Source: a bacterium
GTDB taxonomy: Bacteria > SZUA-182 > DTGQ01 > JAFGSM01
Direction: 5' to 3'
Length of the DNA: 12,953 nucleotides
NCBI GenBank assembly: GCA_049472315.1
Contig: JBLIRN010000074.1
Location: forward strand, 1 to 12,953
The position numbers were made by a program, and so were the translations under genes. The notes under the pieces were generated by a model. That model was not told the DNA's origin. It saw nothing but the letters and a program-made list of their open reading frames with translations, and made no database searches. Below, in pieces: positions 7,401-12,953 of the stretch (the stretch's first letter is position 1; every line of letters begins with the position of its first letter).

Positions 7401-9369
7401 AAAACTGAAAAAGATTGAGATCGTTGCCCTCAAGCGGATAAAACAGGAATTATTAGAGGTCTTACAGCATCAGGGAAAGGTACACATATCCGGAATCACT
7501 GATGACCTGCCGGACACCACGGCAGTCATCCCTGCGGAAGGTGATGTTGCGGAGTCGGACGATGCCGGATGGCTGGGACAAATCCACTACGCCATTAATT
7601 ATCTGAATAAATTCGATCCCCTGCCTAAGGGATTCCTGGAATCGCTTGCCGAACCCCCGCTCACCATCTCTCGACAAGGCATTCAAGACCTCCTTTCAAA
7701 TTTTGATCTGGACGCCACCATCCAGGAAGCGAAGGAACTGGACCGAACGGCCCAGGCACTGGAAGCGGAAAAGCGCGAACTGATCGTGAAGATAGAGGAA
7801 TTCTCATCCTGGGATACGCTTGATGCCCCCATGAAGGACATCGTCGAAGGGACCAAATACCTCGATTTTTATCCGCTCCTGATCCATACGGAGCAGCAGG
7901 AACCCTTTCAAAGGGCGCTGGAATCCGTGTGTACAGGGGTTCATATCGAGGAGATCGGGGATATGCCTCCCTTCAAGGCCATATTCCTCATGACCTTCAA
8001 GACCGACCGGGAAAAGGTGGAGGCCGCAATGGGGGTCCATGATGCACGTCATGTATCCCTGCCCGCACTGGATGAGACCCCGGAGGAATTTGTGCGGCAC
8101 TGCAGGGAGCGACTGGCCGCGATCGACACCGAGCAGGCATCCATCGTGGAACAGGGTGAAGGGCTTTTTGAGAAGATCGATACCCTGAAGATACTGTCGG
8201 ATCATTTTCAGAACCAGCAATTGAAACGGGAGATACAGTCCCGTTTTGCCTTTACGGAACAGACCGTATCCATCTCGGGCTGGGTCAGGGAAAGGGACCT
8301 TGACGGGCTCAAACAGACACTCGATCAGTTCAAGGATGCGGTCGATCTTGACATCATCGACCCCACACCCGATGAGACACCTCCCGTTGCCCTGGCGAAC
8401 AACAGGTTTTCATCGCCGTTCGAGCTCGTCACCAAGCTGTATGATCTGCCTCATTACCGGGAACTGGATCCGACGCCGGTGCTGGCACCGTTCTTTTTCC
8501 TTTTTTTCGGGATCTGCCTCACGGATCTCGGGTATGGTCTCGTGTTGGCCGGGATTATGTATTGGGGGCTCAAGACATTCTATCTGGACAAGGGGAAGCG
8601 GCAGCTTCTCCAGCTCTTCCTTTTGTGCGGGGTCTCCACGATTATCTGTGGTGCCCTCACCGGGGGGTGGTTTGGGGACATCTTCAATTACCTCCCCGCC
8701 TGGCTCGGTTTTCTGCGGACAATGAGGGATTCAATCACCCTCCTCGATCCGCTCAAGGATCCGCTGACATTCCTGATTATCGCCCTTGGCCTTGGCTTTG
8801 TCCAGGTATTGACCGGCATCGGTGTCCGAATGTATAAGGATTTGCAGGCCGGAGACTACTATGCCGCATTGTTGCAGCGACTTCCCTGGATGACGTTCCT
8901 GAGCAGCCTGATCCTTTTCATGGTGATCAAGGCGGGGAGCGGTCACCTGATCGCCAAGTGGACAGCCATCGTCAGCGCCGGGACCATATGCCTGTGCGAG
9001 GGAAGGTCGGAAACGAACATCTTCAGGCGCCTGGGCACGGGCCTTCTTGCGCTCTACGGGACGGTGGGGTACTATGCGGACATGCTTTCCTACTGCCGTC
9101 TCCTGGCCCTGGGCCTGGCTACCGCGGTGATCGCGAATGTAGTCAACCAGATGGCCATACTGTCGCGAGGGATACCCTATATCGGGATCGTTTTCATGGT
9201 GCTCGTGCTCATCGGGGGCCATATCTTCAACCTTCTCATCAATCTCCTGGGTGCCTTTGTTCATACCAGCAGGTTGCAGTTCGTGGAATTCTTCACCAAG
9301 TTTTTCGAGGGAGGGGGAAAGGCGTTCATACCATTTGAGCGTCAGAACAGGTACAGCTACATAGAATGA
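7390..9369 (+). CDS. atpI: V/A-type ATPase subunit I (a)
   Basis: 659 aa; soluble N-terminal half, then PPVALAN, ELDPTP, FFGICLTDLGYG, DMLSYCRLLALGLA (essential Arg) and VHTSRLQFVEFFTKFFEGGG. Confidence 0.97.
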   Translation: MSVEKLKKIEIVALKRIKQELLEVLQHQGKVHISGITDDLPDTTAVIPAEGDVAESDDAGWLGQIHYAINYLNKFDPLPKGFLESLAEPPLTISRQGIQDLLSNFDLDATIQEAKELDRTAQALEAEKRELIVKIEEFSSWDTLDAPMKDIVEGTKYLDFYPLLIHTEQQEPFQRALESVCTGVHIEEIGDMPPFKAIFLMTFKTDREKVEAAMGVHDARHVSLPALDETPEEFVRHCRERLAAIDTEQASIVEQGEGLFEKIDTLKILSDHFQNQQLKREIQSRFAFTEQTVSISGWVRERDLDGLKQTLDQFKDAVDLDIIDPTPDETPPVALANNRFSSPFELVTKLYDLPHYRELDPTPVLAPFFFLFFGICLTDLGYGLVLAGIMYWGLKTFYLDKGKRQLLQLFLLCGVSTIICGALTGGWFGDIFNYLPAWLGFLRTMRDSITLLDPLKDPLTFLIIALGLGFVQVLTGIGVRMYKDLQAGDYYAALLQRLPWMTFLSSLILFMVIKAGSGHLIAKWTAIVSAGTICLCEGRSETNIFRRLGTGLLALYGTVGYYADMLSYCRLLALGLATAVIANVVNQMAILSRGIPYIGIVFMVLVLIGGHIFNLLINLLGAFVHTSRLQFVEFFTKFFEGGGKAFIPFERQNRYSYIE

Positions 9370-9405
9370 GATGTCCGAAATCATAGAGAAAAAGGGGGTA
9401 CACGT

Positions 9406-9879
9406 ATGGATTGGGGACTTATCTTAGCCATCGGAGGGGCAGCGGCTGCAGTCGTTTTAGCGGGTTTTGGGTCAGTTATCGGGATCGGCATCGCAGGTGA
9501 GGCGAGCGATGGGTTATTGAGCGAGGAGCCGGAAAAATTCGGGAACATCCTGATTCTGGCCGTACTTCCAGGCACCCAGGGAATCTACGGGTTTGTGGCT
9601 GCATTCATCGTCATGCTCAGGGTCGGTCTGGTGGGAGGCGAACTCGTGGCCCTTACCACCACTCAGGGGCTTCAAGTATTCCTCTCCTGTCTTCCCATAG
9701 CACTGGCTGGTTTTCTCTCCGGCATCTACCAGGGTAAGGTCTCGGCTGCAGGTGTTGCGGTGGTTGCCAAACGTCCGGCGGATTCCATGAAGGCGGTCAT
9801 CATGTCGGCCCTGGTTGAAACGTATGCGGTCTTGGGGCTGCTGGTCACCATCCTGCTTCTTTTCCAGATAAAGCTTTAA
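9406..9879 (+). CDS. atpK: V/A-type ATPase rotor subunit K (c), 4-TM, Na+-binding signature
   Basis: 157 aa, two hairpins; LPGTQGIYG, SGIYQG and LVETYAVLG as in Enterococcus hirae NtpK. RBS AAGGGGG with an A-rich upstream segment. Confidence 0.97.
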   Translation: MDWGLILAIGGAAAAVVLAGFGSVIGIGIAGEASDGLLSEEPEKFGNILILAVLPGTQGIYGFVAAFIVMLRVGLVGGELVALTTTQGLQVFLSCLPIALAGFLSGIYQGKVSAAGVAVVAKRPADSMKAVIMSALVETYAVLGLLVTILLLFQIKL

Positions 9880-9907
9880 TAATCGAGACGCGAAAGGCAT
9901 ATCACAA

Positions 9908-9963
9908 CGATTCACCATACGAAGGAATGTATGGTGACCGGATGAATCGAACATAACATTCAT
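9908..9963 (+). promoter_or_regulatory. Intergenic stem-loop(s) between atpK and atpE
   Basis: Perfect 9-bp stem TCACCATAC (9912-9920) / GTATGGTGA (9929-9937) with loop GAAGGAAT. Extra pairings CGATTCA/TGAATCG and ATGAAT/ATTCAT. No U-tract. Confidence 0.55.
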
Positions 9964-9974
9964 AGGTGCTGCGT

Positions 9975-10580
9975 ATGTCGTTGGATAAAATAATTGAGCA
10001 TATTGATGCCGAAATCCGGCAGAAGAACGAGCAGATCCGCGGTGAGGCCAGGGAAAAGGCCGAGCGCATCAGGCGGCAGTCTACGGAGGACGCTGCAATG
10101 AAGAAGGAGGAAATCCTGAAGCAGGCCAGGAAGAATGCCGCGGAGCGCGAGCGAAGGATGCTCCAGATGGCCCAGCTTGCTGGAAGGAAGGCAATCCTGA
10201 CCGAAAAACAGAATGCCCTCACCTCCCTTTTTGCTGCGGCGCTGGACAAGCTGGCAGGACTCGATCAGGCCAGGTACAAGAGGGTACTTAAAAACATGCT
10301 CATGAAGACGGTGAAATCCGGCAGGGAGGAGCTCATTGTCTCCGCCAGGGACAAAAAGAACCTGGACAGAAATTGGCTCGATGAGGTCAACCGGCAGTTG
10401 CTCAAGGAGCGAGGCATCCAAGGGAAGCTGCGGTTTTCCGATGAAGCGAGGGATATGAAGGGCGGATTCGTCCTGCGGGAAGGTCAGATCGAGATCAACA
10501 GCTCATTTGAAGCACTCCTCAAATACAACCAGAACGAATTGGAAATAGAGGTCGCAGATTCCCTTAGCTGGAAATCATAA
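9975..10580 (+). CDS. atpE: V/A-type ATPase subunit E
   Basis: MSLDKIIEHI coiled-coil N-terminus and MKGGFVL...IEINSSFEALL C-terminal motif. ATG 9975 preferred over GTG 9966 because AGGTG (9964-9968) is a well-spaced RBS for it. Confidence 0.93.
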   Translation: MSLDKIIEHIDAEIRQKNEQIRGEAREKAERIRRQSTEDAAMKKEEILKQARKNAAERERRMLQMAQLAGRKAILTEKQNALTSLFAAALDKLAGLDQARYKRVLKNMLMKTVKSGREELIVSARDKKNLDRNWLDEVNRQLLKERGIQGKLRFSDEARDMKGGFVLREGQIEINSSFEALLKYNQNELEIEVADSLSWKS

Positions 10581-11599
10581 TGTTCAGGATATCGTTTCAC
10601 AATATACGTGATGACACCAGATACGCCTTCGCCGTTGCCAAGATCAGGGCGTTTGAGTCGCGAATGCTCGATGGCGCCAGCATGACCCGTTTTCTTAAAT
10701 CGAGCGGCAGCGACGAGATGATACGGATGCTCCTGGACACCGAATACAACGAAGTTCTGAACGAGTCGGGTGCCGCTCCCTTCGAGACCGTCCTGGACAA
10801 GGAATTGGATCGCATCTACAGGACGGTGCATGAGATAGACCCGGATCCCGAGTGGACGGACCTGCTGCGATGGCGCTATGATGCCCATAATATCAAGGTG
10901 CTCCTGAAGGGGGGCGTGAGCAACGAGGAGGTCTGGGCGCACTGTATCCCGTATGGGGTCCTTCAACCGGATCAATTGATACGGGATCTCCAGCAGGGTG
11001 ATCTGACGCCTCTGCCGGAGGCGTTCCAGGAGGCAGTGAATCATGTAATGGTGGAAGGCGAGGGCCAGGGCACAAAGACAGGACAGGAGATCGATTTCAT
11101 GGTGGACCGGGCCTTGTACCGGCATCTTTTCCAGGAGGCCGCTCGGAGCAAAAACCCGTTCATACGCAACATGATCACCATCATGATCGATTGCATAAAC
11201 CTGAGAAGTTTTTTGAGGACACGAGGACTGCAGACCGGCACAGACCTCTTTCACCAATCCTTCATTCCGGGGGGATCGCTCATCGAGGATGTCTTTTCCG
11301 CTCAGGTGGAGGGGACCGGATTCGAGAGTTTACGCGCGATCATAACGGATACCCCTTACAGCGATCTGAAACGTTCCCTGGATGCCGGAAACATGGCTGT
11401 CCTGGAGGCGGCCATGGACAATTTTCTCATTGATTATCTGCGGCAGACCCGCCAGAGGGCCTTCGGGGTGGAGCCCCTTATAGGATACATGCTCGGCAAG
11501 GAGATGGAGATAAAGAACCTGAGAATCATTTACGTATGCAAGGTAAACGGGTTTGGAGAGGAACCGATAAAAGAGAGACTCAGGGATACGTATGTCTGA
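10580..11599 (+). CDS. atpC: V/A-type ATPase subunit C (d)
   Basis: YAFAVAKIRAFESRML, RYDAHNIKVLLK, IDCINLRSFLR and FGVEPLIGYMLGKEMEIKNLRII. TAATG stop/start overlap with atpE. Confidence 0.95.
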   Translation: MFRISFHNIRDDTRYAFAVAKIRAFESRMLDGASMTRFLKSSGSDEMIRMLLDTEYNEVLNESGAAPFETVLDKELDRIYRTVHEIDPDPEWTDLLRWRYDAHNIKVLLKGGVSNEEVWAHCIPYGVLQPDQLIRDLQQGDLTPLPEAFQEAVNHVMVEGEGQGTKTGQEIDFMVDRALYRHLFQEAARSKNPFIRNMITIMIDCINLRSFLRTRGLQTGTDLFHQSFIPGGSLIEDVFSAQVEGTGFESLRAIITDTPYSDLKRSLDAGNMAVLEAAMDNFLIDYLRQTRQRAFGVEPLIGYMLGKEMEIKNLRIIYVCKVNGFGEEPIKERLRDTYV

Positions 11600-11930
11600 A
11601 AGGCTTGCGATTATTGGAAGTCATGACAGCATCCTCGGTTTCAAGGCGCTCGGCCTGGATTGCTTTTCCGTGGAAAACCCCCAGGACGCCCTGAATGTTT
11701 TAAAGGACCTGATTGCCGCCGGCAAGGGGTATGCCGCCATTTATCTTACCGACGATCTGGCATCACCCATCGATGCCGAGATAGAGGAACTCAAGAAGGG
11801 GATACCCTTGATTCCCATCCTGGTCATCATTCCCTCCCAGCGGGGGAGCCTGGATATGGCGACGGTCAAGATCAGGAAGATGGTGGAGAAGGCCCTGGGT
11901 ACTGACCTGTTCAAGGACGAGAAAATCTAA
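11592..11930 (+). CDS. atpF: V/A-type ATPase subunit F
   Basis: [18 protein letters not shown]...YAAIYLT...IPILVIIPS...MVEKALGTD; overlaps the atpC end by 8 nt. Confidence 0.95.
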   Translation: MSERLAIIGSHDSILGFKALGLDCFSVENPQDALNVLKDLIAAGKGYAAIYLTDDLASPIDAEIEELKKGIPLIPILVIIPSQRGSLDMATVKIRKMVEKALGTDLFKDEKI

Positions 11931-11949
11931 CAAGGAGAGGATCATAGAT

Positions 11950-12840
11950 ATGGCTGGCAAGATAATCAAGGTATCCGGTCCGCTGGTCATTGCTGACGGC
12001 ATGAAGGGTGCGAAGATGTATGACATGGCCCGGGTCAGCAAGGAACACCTCATCGGAGAGATTGTGGAGTTGAAGGGAGATCTTGCATCCATTCAGGTAT
12101 ACGAGGATACAGGAGGACTTGGGCCGGGGGACCCGGTGGAATCAACCGGATTGCCCCTGAGCGTGGAACTGGGTCCCGGGTTGATTGAATCGATCTTTGA
12201 CGGGATCCAGCGGCCCCTCGATGTCATCTACGAGCGGATCGGAAACCTGATCACCAGGGGGGTGGATATCCCCGGGCTTGATCGCACGAAAAAATGGGAG
12301 TTCAAGGCCACAGCAAAACCGGGTCAACAGGTCGTTGAAGGGGATATCCTCGGAACGGTGCAGGAGTCGATACTCGTGGAGCACAAGGTCATGGTGCCTC
12401 CGGGCATGCGCGGCGAGATAGCGAAGCTTGAATCCGGCACGTACACGGTCACGGATACCATCGGAACGATCAAGGCGAATGGAAAGGCACAGAATATTAC
12501 CCTGATGCACAAGTGGCCGGTTCGGATACCGCGGCCGTACAAGGAGAAGCTTCCCCCGACCGTTCCCCTGGCCACCGGGCAGCGGGTCATCGACATGTTC
12601 TTTCCCGTGGCAAAGGGGGGAACCGCGTGTGTTCCCGGTCCCTTCGGATCGGGCAAGACCGTTGTCCAGCACCAGCTCGCCAAATGGGCGGATGCGGACA
12701 TCATCGTGTATATCGACGTGCTCATGGAATTCCCCGAGCTCAAGGATCCCCGGACCGGCGAGCCGCTGATCAAGCGGACCGTGCTTATCGCCAATACCTC
12801 CAATATGCCGGTGGCGGCACGGGAGGCATCCGTGTACACC
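11950..12840 (+). CDS. atpA: V/A-type ATPase catalytic subunit A, N-terminal ~297 codons (internal 10-aa deletion; ORF continues as a chimera to the window end)
   Basis: Own translation from ATG 11950 (RBS AAGGAGAGG): [15 protein letters not shown]...IQVYEDT...SVELGPGL...DGIQRPL...TGQRVID...GPFGSGKT (Walker A)...[17 protein letters not shown]. Lacks GCGERGNEMT between 12714 and 12715. No stop before the window end. Confidence 0.95.
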
Positions 12841-12891
12841 GACCTTTCCACGATCTATGAGCGAGCAGGAAGGATCAAGGGGCTCAAGGGC
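12841..12891 (+). other. atpB: Internal fragment of V/A-ATPase subunit B fused in frame to subunit A
   Basis: (YT)[17 protein letters not shown] matches the subunit B motif GYPGY(L/M)YTDL(A/S)[15 protein letters not shown], not the subunit A version (YLxSRLAxFYERAG). Confidence 0.85.
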
Positions 12892-12953
12892 TACCGGAAG
12901 CTGCGCCGCGAGGTGGAGGGTAAACTTGCAAGCGCGTTCCGCTCCTTCATCTT
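12886..12953 (+). other. atpD: Probable fragment of V/A-ATPase subunit D N-terminal helix, fused in frame
   Basis: [22 protein letters not shown] resembles the subunit D segment following LKDKxDEL (..LRxxVExxLxxAxxxFxxA). It does not match the SITQIPIL continuation expected for B. Confidence 0.65.

Noticed and set aside
9927..9956. Mini-ORF MYGDRMNRT in the K-E spacer
   Set aside because: AAGGA abuts the ATG with no spacing and the start is buried in the hairpin; no coding evidence.
5680..12851. Minus-strand and alternate-frame ORFs over the antiporter and ATPase genes (e.g. 5680-6426, 8731-9384, 10484-11257, 12142-12672, 12513-12860)
   Set aside because: Fully overlap well-supported genes; no independent coding signal.
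12601..12953. Intein or mobile insertion in subunit A as the explanation for the odd tail
   Set aside because: VMA inteins insert near the P-loop or at the GCGER motif, but here sequence is missing rather than inserted, there is no Cys-starting intein block, and the tail matches subunits B and D.

Overview
Bacterial chromosomal housekeeping/bioenergetics region, moderately GC-rich; the gene set suggests an anaerobe, but taxonomy cannot be fixed from this window. Left to right: 3' end of a threonine synthase and a SuhB-family inositol monophosphatase (+); a convergent minus-strand run pcrA/uvrD -> gatC -> M18 aminopeptidase; a divergent CPA-family cation/H+ antiporter (+); then, behind a perfect TTGACA-17-TATAAT promoter, a Na+-type V/A-ATPase operon (H/G-I-K-E-C-F-A). 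The main anomaly is the last ~240 bp. The subunit A ORF (11950 to window end, missing from the ORF track because it has no stop) lacks the catalytic GCGERGNEMT segment. It then switches in frame into a 17-aa piece of subunit B, and again in frame into an N-terminal piece of subunit D. This is three serial in-frame deletions collapsing atpA-atpB-atpD into one ORF. The likeliest cause is a contig-end assembly or chimera artefact, but a real deletion allele needs to be excluded by read mapping. No mobile elements, CRISPR, tRNA or rRNA were seen.
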